Assembly: GCA_964016885.1 (NCBI GenBank)
Contig: OZ024758.1
Span: 25,730,001 to 25,794,000 of the forward strand
From: Eledone cirrhosa
Lineage: Eukaryota
Length of the DNA: 64,000 nucleotides
Direction of reading: 5' to 3'
Shown: piece after piece, positions 38,939 through 51,372 of the stretch
How positions within the stretch are numbered: the first letter of the stretch is position 1
How the letters are laid out: each line of letters begins with the position of its first letter
The notes under the pieces: generated by a model
Told to the model about the DNA's origin: nothing
What the model saw: only the letters and a program-made list of their open reading frames with translations
Database searches by the model: none
Made by a program: the position numbers and the translations under genes

Positions 38939-40049
38939 TAATGGAGTTTGTCTAGTAAGTATATTTATATGTGATCAAAACACTGTGAGCCCTTCCTTTT
39001 CACACCCTCCCTAAGTATGTCATAACCCATACCTGAAGTAATGACATAAAATTAACTCCCACCTCACACTGCCCCTAACACTAACCCTAACCCCTCACTT
39101 GAAGACCCTTAACTCTTTAGCATTTACATTACTCTATATACACTATTGTATTTTTGTAGTAAAGGCTTTATCTCACATAATATTCAATCAACAAGATTTT
39201 GATGCTATTTATTTTGAGAACAATACTTTAACGTCAGTATGAGCGGCCAGTTACAGCCAGTTTGAACAGAAAGAGGTGAGAGAATTCTGGCCGGATGCGG
39301 TCGGTTTAAATGCTAAAGGGTTAAAGATGGAATAAGAAGTTGCCATTAGCCAATGGCAACTTCTTTTTCCATAATTTAAGGGCCTTCACCCTATTTTATA
39401 AGCCATTTTATAGCGTCTCCATGCATGAGTACATCGTTATTTCTATTAACTTTATCTTCTCAGCACTTTGTAAAAGTTCGAGAGATCGATTACGTTTACA
39501 TGATGTTTGTTGAGCTACAGTAGTAATTGATTAAACACTCAAGATTGACTCACTAAACAAACCATACTTCATTCCCCTTGAATAATACGGTACACTAACT
39601 TACAGTGGCTGGTTAAGTGAGATATACTGTAACACGTTCCATCCAGTTTTCTTTTGTTATGTCCAGGAACTTAGGTGATTATTGCTTCATCATCATCATC
39701 ATCATCATCATCGTCGTTGTTTAAAGTCTATCTTCCACGCTAGCACGGGTTAGACAGGTTTGTCCCATTTGAAGCAAGATTGGTCGGGTGACCGTGTCTC
39801 GCTCATAAAGGACTGGTTCTGGCTGGTTTTCTATGATCGGATGCCCTTCCTAACGCCAACCACATTTACAGTGTGGACCTGGGTGCTTTTCGATGTCTCT
39901 CCTACACACGACCACATTTACAGTGTGGCATGGATGTTTTGTGGTACCAACAGAAGTAGTAAATTATGATGTCACCAATATACTAGTAGGTTCGAATTGA
40001 TGAGATGGAAGTAGTTTCACTGCTTTGCCCTCTTTACTTCTGCTCCCTG

Positions 40050-40523
40050 CGTGAATGTGTGTGTGAGTGTGTGTGTTTGTGTGAATGTATGTGTGTGTGT
40101 GTGTGAGTGTGTGTTTGTGTGAATGTATGTGTGTGTGTGTGTGTAAAAGGAAGGAAGGGGTGGTGAAACAACTATGTTGTGTGTGGGTGGGTGTGTGTGT
40201 GTGAGTGTGTGTGTAATAGGTAGGGAGGGGCGGCGAAACAACTATGTTGTGTGTGGGTGAGTGTGTGAGTGTGTGTGCGTGTGTGTGTTTTGTGTCAATG
40301 TATGTGTGTGTGTGTGTAAAAGGAAGGAAGGGGTGGTGAAACAACTATGCTGTGTGTGGGTGTATGTGTGAGTGTGTGTGTTTGTGTGAATGTATGTGTG
40401 TTTGTGTGAATGTGTGAATGTGTGTATGTGTGTTTGTGTAAATGTATGTCCGTGAGTGTGTATTTTTATAAGTGTGTCCATATTTGTCTGTTTAAATTCA
40501 TGTACTCATCCATATAAATGTAT

Positions 40524-40592
<69 letters not shown>

Positions 40593-40632
40593 AACACACA
40601 CACACAAACACACACACACAAACACACACACA
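40050..40632. repeat. (GT)n/(CA)n field containing three copies of GAAGGGGTGGTGAAACAACTATG
   Basis: Direct reading. Confidence 0.85.
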
Positions 40633-41072
40633 CAGCAGTGTATGGAAAATAGTTCTAGTCCATTATACATATAAGCTAGGTCAGTCAGGACAGAAGTGGT
40701 GTTTCAAGTGAAAGAATTGATCGTGTGGCTACATTGGGATGTAAATATATTTTGTTTGGATCAATTGGGAGAAATGATGAGCTGAAGCAATGTTCAGACA
40801 TGTTGCTGATACATCAAGGAGTTTGCCACTTAATGGACATGTAATTATTACTATGAATTGGAGATGCATGCAGCTATAAACTGCAGTTGCAGCTGCAGCA
40901 ATGTGTTGTATCTGCAGCCAAGGTTAATTTTATAATTAAAAAAAAATAAAAAATAAAAAATAATGAAATTATTGTGTACAGTGCTCAGGTGCACTACAAC
41001 TCATCAAAGGTGCATGTATAGTACATAGAATAATGTACAAATGTCAGGAAAATGAACAGTGTATGAGTCATG

Positions 41073-41106
<34 letters not shown>

Positions 41107-41312
41107 TGTTTCTAGTTTTTGGCACAAAGCCAGCAATTACCTCAGTGTATTACTGGTACTTTATTTTATCGACCCCGTAAGGATGAAAGGCAAAGTTAAC
41201 CTCGGCGGGATTTGAACTCAGAATAGCAAGGGCCGTAACTCTATGCATCAAAGCATGGCGTCCGACCCTCTACCGATACTGCCAATCCACCGCCCTATAA
41301 TAATAATAATAA

Positions 41313-41753
41313 TAATAATGAAATATTGTGTACAGTGCTCAGGTGCACTACAACTCATCAAAAAGTGTATGTACAGTACATAGGGCAATGCACAAACATC
41401 AAGAAAATAAACAGTGCATGAGTCATGATACACACATGTGTGCATGTGTATGGAAGGGGTACATCAGGTGTAGTTTGGGCGTATTTCGGGAAGCATGAGT
41501 GTCTTAAAGGATGCAGTGTCTCGGCAGCTAACAACTGACGCAGGCAGTTTGTTCCATGCTTCAGCAACTCTGAGCGTGAAAAAATGTCTACGAAAGTCAT
41601 GGGAGCTGTGCTGTTTTCTGATTTTGTAGGCATGTCCACGTGTGTTAGACACATGGAGATCAAAAAGGTGCTCAGGGTTGTTGTTGGCGAGATAGTTAAT
41701 AATTTTGTGGGTGTTTACCAAGTCCATTGCCAGACGTCGGAGCTTCATAAGAT
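41313..41753 (-). mobile_element. CR1 LINE 3' fragment (another 3' end at ~40960-41073)
   Basis: LRRLAMDLVNTHKII...TRGHAYKIRK...FFTLRVAEAWNKLP; same 3' UTR as 61145. Confidence 0.85.
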
Positions 41754-42775
41754 ACTGGAAATGCACCACTTCTAACATAGAAATAGAATTCCCTAACAGA
41801 GCATGACAACATCCAGTAAATGGTAAAAAGTTGTTTACCTTTTTTTATGTGAAATCAGCTGAAACTGCCCCTTGTTCAGCAATACAAAGCTGCTTATTTT
41901 AAAGTGTCTATATATATTTTAAAAAATAAACCTTCCATCATAATTTTATATTAGAAACTTTTTAAAGTTATAAATACCAATTTAATAATGAGAAAATTTG
42001 TTATATTACTAAGTCTTTCCAAATATCAATTTAACCTTTTAGCATTTAAACCGGTCATATCCAGCCAGAATTCTCTCCTCACTTTCTGTTCAAACCGGTT
42101 ATAACCAGCCACTCATATTGATAAGGTATTGTTCTCAAAATAAATAATATCAAAATCTCATACATTCAATATTATGTGAGATAAAGCCTGTGAGATAAAG
42201 CCTTTACCATGAAAATACAATGGTAAATATAAAGTAATGTAAATGGTAAAGGGTTAAAGTGTTTATATTTATTTTAAAAAAACCTTCCATCATAATTTTA
42301 TATTAGAAACTTTTTAAAGCTATAAATACCAATTTAATAATGAGAGAATTTGTTATATTACTAAGTCTTTCCAAATTGTTGATTATTTTCAATTATACAC
42401 AGTGATTATTTGAACATTATACACAGTGTCTTTCATTAGAAATATGGTAACAAAAGGGTTAGAAATATCTTTTAGTCATGAAGAAATAAAACCAAGTTTT
42501 CTTCTATGCAAGTTTGATAATGTTGACATGTGGCTTTTTCAGAAACCACCGAATAAAATTCAACTTGAAACGAAAAATTTTCTAGTGAAGGATTTATGTA
42601 ATTCTTGAATTTGAAAATACTTCATAAATGAATGGAAGCACGATGTAGCATGCAAGGATTTAGATAATTAATCTCTAAGTTTAGATGATGTTAAGTATCT
42701 ATTGTGTTTTCAACACTCCAGTAAATACCAAGTTTCCCCTATTACAAAACAGGTCTTATATTATTTTTACCTTTG

Positions 42776-43385
42776 GTGGGCTGGGTGCTTTTTGTTTTGA
42801 CACCTACACAACCACTTTACAGTGTGGGCTGAGTGCTTTTTGTTGGACACCTACACAACCACTTTACAGTGTGGGCTGAGTGCTTTTTGTTGGACACCTA
42901 CACAACCACTTTACAGTGTGGGCTGAATGCTTTTTGTTGGACACCTACACAACCACTTTACAGTGTGGGCTGAATGCTTTTTGTTGGACACCTACACAAC
43001 CACTTTACAGTGTGGGCTGAATGCTTTTTGTTGGACACCTACATGACCACTTTACAGTGTGGGCTGAATGCTTTTTGTTGGACATCCACATGACCACTTT
43101 ACAGTGTGGGCTGAGTGCTTTTTGTTGGACACCTACATGACCACTTTACAGTGTGGGCTGAGTGCTTTTTGTTGGACACCTACATGACCACTTTACAGTG
43201 TGGGGTGAGTGCTTTTTGTTGTGACACCCACACAACCACTTTACAGTGTGGGCTGAGTGCTTTTTGTTGGACACCCACACAACCACTTTACAGTGTGGGC
43301 TGAGTGCTTTTTGTTGGACACCTACATGACCACTTTACAGTGTGGGCTGAGTGCTTTTTGTTGTGACACCCATACAACTACTGTA
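42776..43385. repeat. 47-bp tandem array (~13 copies) related to the SINE internal unit
   Basis: ACCACTTTACAGTGTGGGCTGAGTGCTTTTTGTTGGACACCTACACA. Confidence 0.9.
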
Positions 43386-43494
43386 CAGTATATGTGTATA
43401 TATGTTTTTCTGGCCCTGGAGAATAAACCAAGTCTTTGTGATTCAGTTTTGGCCATGTTATATATGAGATAGTATTTAACATTGTGACTTTTAC

Positions 43495-44062
43495 AATGTA
43501 TATATGTATATGTGTGTGTGTATATATGTGTCTGTATATATGTGTGTGTATGTGTGTATATATATGTGTGTATATGTGTGTGTATATATATGTGTATGTA
43601 CATATGTGTGTGCGTGTATGTGTGTGTGTATATGTGTGTGTATATGTGTGTATATATGTGTGTATGTGTGTATATATGCGTGTGTATGTGTGTGTATGTG
43701 TGTATATATGTGTGTATGTGTGTGTGTATATGTGTGTGTGTGTATATGTGTGTGTGTGTATATGTGTATGTGTATATGTGTGTGTGTATATATGTGTATA
43801 TGTACATGTATGTGTGTATGTGTGTGTGTGTGTATATATGTGTGTGTATATGTGTGTGTGTATATATGTGTGTATGTACATATGTGTGTGTGTATATGTG
43901 TGTGTAAATGTGTGTGTGTATATGTGTGTGTGTGTATATATGTGTGTGTGTGTATATATGTGTGTGTATGTGTGTCTATATGTGTGTGTGTGTATATGTG
44001 TGTGTGTATATATGTGTGTATGTACATATGTGTGTGTGTATATGTGTGTGTGTGTATGTGTA
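43495..44062. repeat. (TG/TA)n microsatellite
   Basis: Direct reading. Confidence 0.9.
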
Positions 44063-44869
44063 TCTCTGAGTTTTGCAACCCCCAGAATCAATAAATATGA
44101 GAACAATCAATGTAAATCAATAATCATACCGAATTATAGCCAAGGCCATGCTGAGTAGTTACATCATCATGTCGTCGTAAAATATTTACTTCAACCCCCC
44201 CCCCCCCCAAAACCTTCACTACCAATATCATATTTAATATTTCTCAGACGACACCAAAATAGTACAAACATTGCATCATCATCATCATCATCTTACGTCC
44301 GCTTTTCCCTGCTTGCAAGGGTAGGACGGGAACTGATTCTGGCTTGATTTCTACAGCTGGATGCTCTTCCTAACACCAACCTCATTTACAGTGAGTGCTG
44401 GGTGCTTTTTTTTTTTTTTCCGTGGTGCCTACACGTCCACTTTACAGTGTGGGCTGGGTGCTTTTGTTTTGCCGTGGCACCTCCACAACCACTTTGCAGT
44501 GGAATGATGTAGACCCCAGTCCCTATCATCTCATTTCTACAGCTGAGTAAACTGGAGCAATGTGAAATAAAGTGTCTTGCTCAAGGAAACAACACATCAC
44601 CCGGTCTGAGAATTGAACTCACAACCTTTCAATGGCAAGGCCAATGCTTTAACCACTAAGCCATTTGCCTCCATCTATTGCAAATATACCTTGCTTGATC
44701 TGCTAAAAGAATAGAGCCAAATCTCCTTCAAACTCCACCCTGCAATTTTATATAAGGACAGGGCACATAACATCAGTGGGTTACATGAAACAATTTTGGA
44801 GTTCTGCCAAATCACTTTTAAGAAAATTTTATCTAAAAGTGCCTTTTTTATATGAATAGATTCATCATC

Positions 44870-45230
44870 ATGGCTTAGTGTCTAGAACATTGGACTTGCA
44901 GTTGAGAGGTTGTGAGTTCAATTCTTGGACCGGGTGATGTGTTGTGTCCTTGAGCAAGACACTTTATTTTACGTTGCTCCAGTTTACTCCGCTGTAGAAA
45001 TGAGTTGCGACGTCACTGGTGCCAAGCTGTATCAGACATCAGCCATTGCCTTTCCCTTGGACAACATCGGTGGCGTGGAGAGGGGGAGACTGGTATGCAT
45101 GGGCGACTGCTGGTCTTCCACAGAACAAACCTTGCCCAGGCATGTGCCTTGGAGGGGAACTTTCTAGGTGCTAATCACATGGTCATTCGTGACCAAGTGG
45201 GACCATCATCATCATCATCATCATCATCGT
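44870..45230 (+). mobile_element. CORE-type SINE with a different 3' tail (older relatives ~23500-23730, ~25535-25640)
   Basis: Same tRNA head and CORE as family 2; diverges after GTAGAAATGAG; (CAT)n end. Confidence 0.65.
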
Positions 45231-45791
45231 TTTTAATGTCTGCTATCCCTGCTAGCAAGAGTTGGATAGATCTACATAGACTGAGTCAGTACAGAAGTAA
45301 AGGTACTGATCTCCCTCCCAGACAGACCAGGGATCTGAACCTTATTTAAATACGTTCTTATATCAATTTATATTTCATTTAATGTCTTAATAAAATTAGA
45401 GCGGTGGGGCTTATCCGATTCTAGGAGCCTGTGGTTAGAATGCCTCAGGAAAGAATCTGCACCCCCGACCTTCTCAGAAAAAAGTGGGCGAAGAAGAAGG
45501 GATTATCCGTAAAATATAGGTTTGGGTTCTGTGATTTTTGGAAAATTGCACAGGGTTCCTAAGACAAAATATCCTTGGGGACTGCATTAGATAATGTAGT
45601 CCTATATATACCTAAACCAATCTGATGCTCATGGATGAAAAAGTATTTTGCTCGCAGTCAGGGATTACTATATTTTGAATTATTTAATGCAAAGAGATGC
45701 ATGCGCTGGTACGGCCAAGTCGAGCACAGTTAGGGCTGTATGTCAATCCAGGAGGCAGTAGAGGCCCAGGAAGACCAAAAAGGACCTAGAT

Positions 45792-46129
45792 GGAGGCACA
45801 TGGCTTAGTGGTTAGAGCATTGGCCTTGCAATCGAAAGGTTGTGAGTTCAATTCTCAGACCAGGTGATGTGTTGTTTCCTTGAGCAAGACACTTTATTTC
45901 ACATTGCTCCAGTTTACTCAGCTGTAGAAATGAGATGATAGGGACTGCGGTCCCTATCATTCCACTGCAAAGTGGTCGTGGAGGTGCCACGGCAAAAAGC
46001 ACCCAGCACTCACTGTAAATGAGGTTGGTGTTAGGAAGGGCATCCAACTGTAGAAATCAAGCCAGAATCAGTTCCCGTCCCACCCTTGCAAGCAGGAAAA
46101 AGCGGACATAAAATGAAATGAATGATGAT
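45792..46129 (+). mobile_element. tRNA-derived CORE-type SINE family 2 (~340 bp). Other copies: 12250-13767, 22158-22482, 22886-23334, 34900-35221, 36020-36355, 44275-44672, 48276-48654, 48972-49348, 50765-51160, 53894-54248, 59455-59785, 63630-63972
   Basis: Head GGAGGCACATGGCTTAGTGGTTAGAGC...GAGTTCAATTC; CORE-like CCTTGAGCAAGACACTT...CTCAGCTGTAGAAATG; tail GGACGTAAAA(TGA)n; copies are highly similar (young). Confidence 0.85.
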
Positions 46130-46271
46130 GTCTGTCGGGGATCAAGCTAGGCTTGGCCTGGCCCAAGTAAGACTGGCAGACAGAAACACATGGAGCGGGA
46201 CGCTAAGGAGCGCTGTCATGCAGAACCCACCTCTACTTAGGGATCAACTGTGTCCTGCATAATCAAAAACT

Positions 46272-46370
<99 letters not shown>

Positions 46371-47412
46371 GCCCATACATTCCCAATGCAACACTTAGAA
46401 ACTCTGCATTGTAAATCCTTAATAAATTAGCTCACAAGCATGTATCAGGAGGCAGCGAATTGGCAAGACATTAGAACGTCAGATAGAATGTTTTGTGGTG
46501 TTTGTTTTGGCCCCCTTCTTGCTCAGTTGATATCCAGCCGAGGCCAACTACTTTTCTTTTCATCCATTCAAACAATAACTAGTTGTGGAGTAATTGTAAA
46601 GCATGTACTTTGATTAAATTATCGATAGATGCTAAATCCTTCTTTAAATACCTTCTTCTACTTTGCCCACTTAATCCTGGGAGGGTCTGAATTTCTATGC
46701 ATGTATGGTCCCGTAACTCCTGATAGAGTCGTAGGGGGCGCTGTATTGACATACACCGTATCTTGGGCATTTTAAACCTGGTGGAACCCATTCCTCTCCA
46801 GGCCTGAGTACAGCAGATTTCTTCCAGAGAAAGATAGAAAGTGAGAGATGGGAAATGAGATAGAACTATAGAGGAAGAATCAACCCCAGTACTAGACTGG
46901 TACTTTTTTTTTTATCGGCCTCGAAAGGATGAAAGGCAAAGTTGACCTCGGCGGGATTGAGCAGAGAGCTGGAACAAATACCATAAAGCATTCTATCTGA
47001 CATTCTAACGACTCTGCCAATTCACTGCCTCTGAGGAAGAATTACTTAAGGGTAAAATAATCAAAAGATGCCACAAAGCCAAACTTTAGAAGAATTTATC
47101 AATCAGTAAAGCCCTGAAGTAAAAACTTCAGAGGAATTTAAGAAGACAGAAAATATATTAACCTGATGCTTTGTCCCCACAAACAATGCAGAGAACCAGA
47201 ATGAATACTATAAATCATTCTATCTGATGTTCTAACGACCTATATCCTATTACATGACATAAAATATCAAACTTAGTATCCTCCTTAAAGTTTAAGCCGA
47301 GAACATAGGACCACATTTTACTCTCCACAATAGTTTTGAAAGTTATATCCATAAGTGTCATATGCGTTAAAGAAATGTCATAGATTTTGTTAAAAGATTT
47401 AAATATATTAAC

Positions 47413-47542
47413 CTGATGCTTTGTCCCCACAAACAATGCAAGGCTTGAAATTCTGTTCAAATTGTTGTTTTTGCGTCAGTTTATCCCTGACAGCCTGTTG
47501 TTCTTCTCGTAAACGCTCCAGTCTTTGAGTGTGTTGCAATTC
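47413..47542 (-). CDS. Coding exon of an NR2C/NR2D (TR2/TR4/HR78-like) orphan nuclear receptor: end of A/B region and first half of zinc finger 1
   Basis: Minus strand: tctttcAG|GAA TTG CAA...GCA TCA G|GTtaat. 130 nt, translates ELQHTQRLERLREEQQAVRDKLTQKQQFEQNFKPCIVCGDKAS-G. The phase-1 end joins in frame to exon 35803-35982 to give CIVCGDKASGRHYG. Confidence 0.9.
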
Positions 47543-48654
47543 CTGAAAGACAAACATGATTGGTTTTGTTAGAAGAAAAATATCAAATCAAAAATAAAAT
47601 CATGATATAAAGGTTGGCTGAAAAGTTTATAGGCTGAACAAGATACTCTCATGGAATGACCAAATGAGGTTTATTTTTCAACAATAGTCCCTGGAAAGAA
47701 ACAATGATGTTATTGATAAGAAGAGTTGAAATAATTAATGCATGCAAGATTTCACAACTCTAGCATCACTCCTTTGTAGTCAGCCTATGAACTTTTCAGC
47801 CGACCGTCGTACATTTAACATATTTCAAAATAATCAGGGATGAAATAAACCAAACAAGATATCTCTTGGGTGATATTCTAATTCAGAACTGTAAGGGACC
47901 AAAACCTCATGGAATACAGTTTTCCAACAGGTTTTCTGCCATATATCTCCATTCTCCATGCTTGCTTGACAGGGGTTTTTTTTCACTCCTCCAGACAACA
48001 TACTTAATTCTTTAGCATTTACATTATTCTATATTTACTATTGTATTTTCACAGTAAACAATTTATCTCGCATAATGGGACCCCATTTGCTCATAATAGT
48101 GAGAGATAAGGAGGGCGAGAGAGACGGAGGCGATGACAGTGGGAGTTTGGTTCCTCTGTGTTCAGACCTGGTGTATATATGTGTATGTTTCACAGACACA
48201 TACTCACACTGAGGCAGTGACAGTAGGGGTTCAGCACCTCTGTGTTCAAAGATGGTGAATGTATATATATATGTGTGGAGGCACATGGCTTAGTGGTTAG
48301 AGCATTGTCCTTGCAATCGAGAGGTTGTGAGTTCAATTCTCAGACTGGGTGATGTGTTGTTTCCTTGAGCAAGACACTTTATTTCACATTGCTCCAGTTT
48401 ACTCAGCTGTAGAAATGAGATGAAAGGGACTGGGGTCCCTATCATTCCACTGCAAAGTGGTCATGTAGGTGCCACAGCAAAAAAGCACCCAGCCCACACT
48501 GTAAAGTGGACGTGTAGGCGCCACCGAAAAAGAAAAAGCACCCAGCACTCACTGTAAATGAGGTTGGTGTTAGGAAGGGCATCCAACTGTAGAAATCAAG
48601 CCGGAATCAGTTCCCGTCCCACCCTTGCAAGCAGGGAAAAGTGGACGTATGATG

Positions 48655-48690
<36 letters not shown>

Positions 48691-48842
48691 TTCACAGACA
48701 CACACTCACACTGAGGCAGTGACAGTAGGAGTTCTGCTCCTCTGTGTTCAAACCTGGTGTGTATATATATTATTTTTATCTAAAGACATTTTTTCCAATT
48801 CCACCCCGCCCGTCTCTTCAATCTTTCTAATTTCTCATTCTT

Positions 48843-48878
48843 TCTTCTGATGAAGGACTAGCAACCGAAACGTTAAGA
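48843..48878 (+). ncRNA. Minimal type I hammerhead motif (Penelope-like)
   Basis: TCTT-CTGATGA-AGG..CC-GAAA-CGT-T-AAGA: 4-bp stem I, palindromic ACGT stem III, weak 2-bp stem II with one extra A. Confidence 0.6.
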
Positions 48879-49348
48879 CCCTCTTCCTGCTATTTCAAGC
48901 GTTAACCTAATATATTCCTTCCATATACTGTACCGATTATGTGGTTATTTCTGTTTACCTTTTACTATAAATCATCATTTTACGTCCGCTTTTCCTTGTT
49001 TGCAAGGGTGGGACGGGAACTGATTCTGGCTTAATTTCTACAGCTGGATGCCCTTCCTAACACCAACCACATTTACAGTGAGTGCTGGGCGCTTTGTTTC
49101 CGTGGCACCTACACGTCCACTTTACAGTGTGGGCTGGGTGGTTTTTTGCCATGGCACCTCCACGGCCACTTTGCAGTGGAATGATAGGGACCCCAGTCCT
49201 ATCATCTCATTTCTACAGCTGATTAAACTGGAGCAATGTGAAATAAAGTGTCTTGCTCAAGGACACAACACATCACCTGGTCTGAGAATTGAACTCACAA
49301 CCTTTCGATTGCAAGGCAAATCCTCCAACCACTAAGCCATGTGCCTCC

Positions 49349-49381
<33 letters not shown>

Positions 49382-49546
49382 GTTCAAGAGTAACCAATCT
49401 TAAAGAGAGAGATGGAGATAGGAGAGGAGAGATTGGTGAATTAGTTAGAAGCCAAAGTGTAAAGGCATGTGCTCAATGTGCAATATGCAGTGGAAGGCAG
49501 CTAGGTGGCAGGGTTCATGCAGAGGTTAGGTGCACAAAGCTGGAAA

Positions 49547-50228
49547 TATTCATTAGTTAAGCAAAACAAGACCACAAATTTCACAAGGAAGACATTATTA
49601 AAAGATTGTCAACATAGTTTTAGTTTAATGTAAGGAATGTAGAGAATAATAATAATTTACAATTGTTTCGCTACTCCATATAATGTTTCTGGATCAAATG
49701 ATTATAGATCATTATTGATCTGGTTCAGATTTAACTTAAATACAATTGGAGCAGCTCATCGAAACTTCAAAAAAGGAATATAAATTATTTTAACTTCAAA
49801 AGGAATATAAATTAAAATAATTTATATTCCTTTTTTGAAGTTCCAATGAGCTGCTCTAATTGTACCTAAGTTAATTATCTTCAACTGAACCAGATCAATT
49901 ATGATCTATAATCATTTGATCCAGAAACATTATATGGGCGGTGGATTGTCAGTATCGGTAGAGAGTCGGACGCCATGCTTTCCAGTAGAGTTACGTCCCT
50001 TTACGGTCTGAGTTCAAATCCCGCCGAGGTTAACTTTGCCTTTCATCCTTACAGGGTCGATAAAATAAAGTACCAGTAATGTACTGGGTAATTGCTGGCC
50101 TTGTGCCAAAAGTAGAAACAATTATTATTCTCTACATTCCTTACATTAAACTAAAACTATGTTGACAATCTTTTAATAATGTCTTCCTTGTGAAATTTGT
50201 GGTCTTGTTTTGCTTAACTAATGAATAT
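49547..50228. mobile_element. Long inverted-repeat element with degenerate long-stem-II hammerhead; right arm interrupted by a SINE
   Basis: Arms ~49547-49792 and ~49813-50228. Minus strand 49653-49766 reads AGTT-TCGATGA-GCTGCTCCA...TGGAGTAGC-GAAA-CAATTG-TA-AATT. Confidence 0.6.
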
Positions 50229-51372
50229 ATATATATATATATATAATAATAAAGTATGTGTTCCTACGTGTAAAAAATACATATAGGGACACAAGTATAG
50301 TCTGACCATATGCCAATATGGTTCAATGGCAAGTTAATAAATTAACAAGCCAAAGCATATAAAATCAAGGTATTGTAAATACAGAAAATCCTAAAAAATA
50401 ATAAAAAATGTATTTATTATTTTTTAGGATTGTTTCTGTATTTACACTCCCTTGATTTTATATATATATATCATCATCATCATCATCATTATCATCTTCG
50501 TTTAACGTCCATTTTCCACGCTAGCATGGGTTAGACAGTTGTCCCACTTGAGGCAAGGTTGGTCGGGTGACCATGTCTCGCTCATATAGGACTATCTGGC
50601 AGGTTTTCTACGGCTGGATGCCCTTCCTAACACCAACCACGTTTACAGTGTGGAACTGGGAACTTTTTACCGTGTTACCTACACGACCACATTACAGCGT
50701 GGACTGTGTGTTTTTTTCTCGTGACACCTACACGATCTCAATCTCGATCTCATATATATATATATCATCATCATCATCATTTCATTTTACATCCGCTTTT
50801 TCCCTGCTTGCAAGGGTGGGACGGGAACTGATTCTGGCTTGATTTCTACAGCTGGATGCCCTTTCTAACACCAACCTCATTTACAGTGAGTGCTGGGTGT
50901 TTTTTTGCCGTGGCACCTCCACGACCCCTTTACAGTGAGTGCTGGGTGCTTTTTTTTTGCCATGGCACCTCCACAACCACTTTGCAGTGGAATGATATGG
51001 ACCTCAGTCTCTAACATCTCATTTCTACAGCTGAGTAAACTGGAGCAATGTGAAATAAAGTGTCTTGCTCAAGGAAACAACACATCACCCGGTCTGAGAA
51101 TTGAACTCACAACCTTTCGATTGCAAGGCCAATGCTCTAACCACTAAGCTATGTGCCTCCTCTATGCCATGTAAATGGTAAAGGTTTAAATATTTATTTG
51201 ATAGTAGTAGTGAGTACTGATAACAATAATAGGAGGTGGAAGATATAATGTCTATTTTCTCAGCTGTTGAAGTTGACACCTTTGTTTAATGAGGTCACTC
51301 CTGGCTGTGAATATGTTTTTCATGAGTTTTGTTTATGTTAAGTTGAACACCTATAGATTCACTGTTAATACT

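Noticed and set aside
39074-39095. CCCTAA telomere-like motif
   Set aside because: Only two to three imperfect units.
45792-45865. tRNA gene candidates at SINE heads
   Set aside because: A/B boxes run straight into SINE bodies in many copies, with no complete cloverleaf.
51270-51350. Possible upstream ATG exon (MKNIFTARSDLIKQ) and an AGGTCA half-site
   Set aside because: Donor phase is incompatible with the phase-0 start of exon 47542, the acceptor is weak, and a single half-site is expected by chance.
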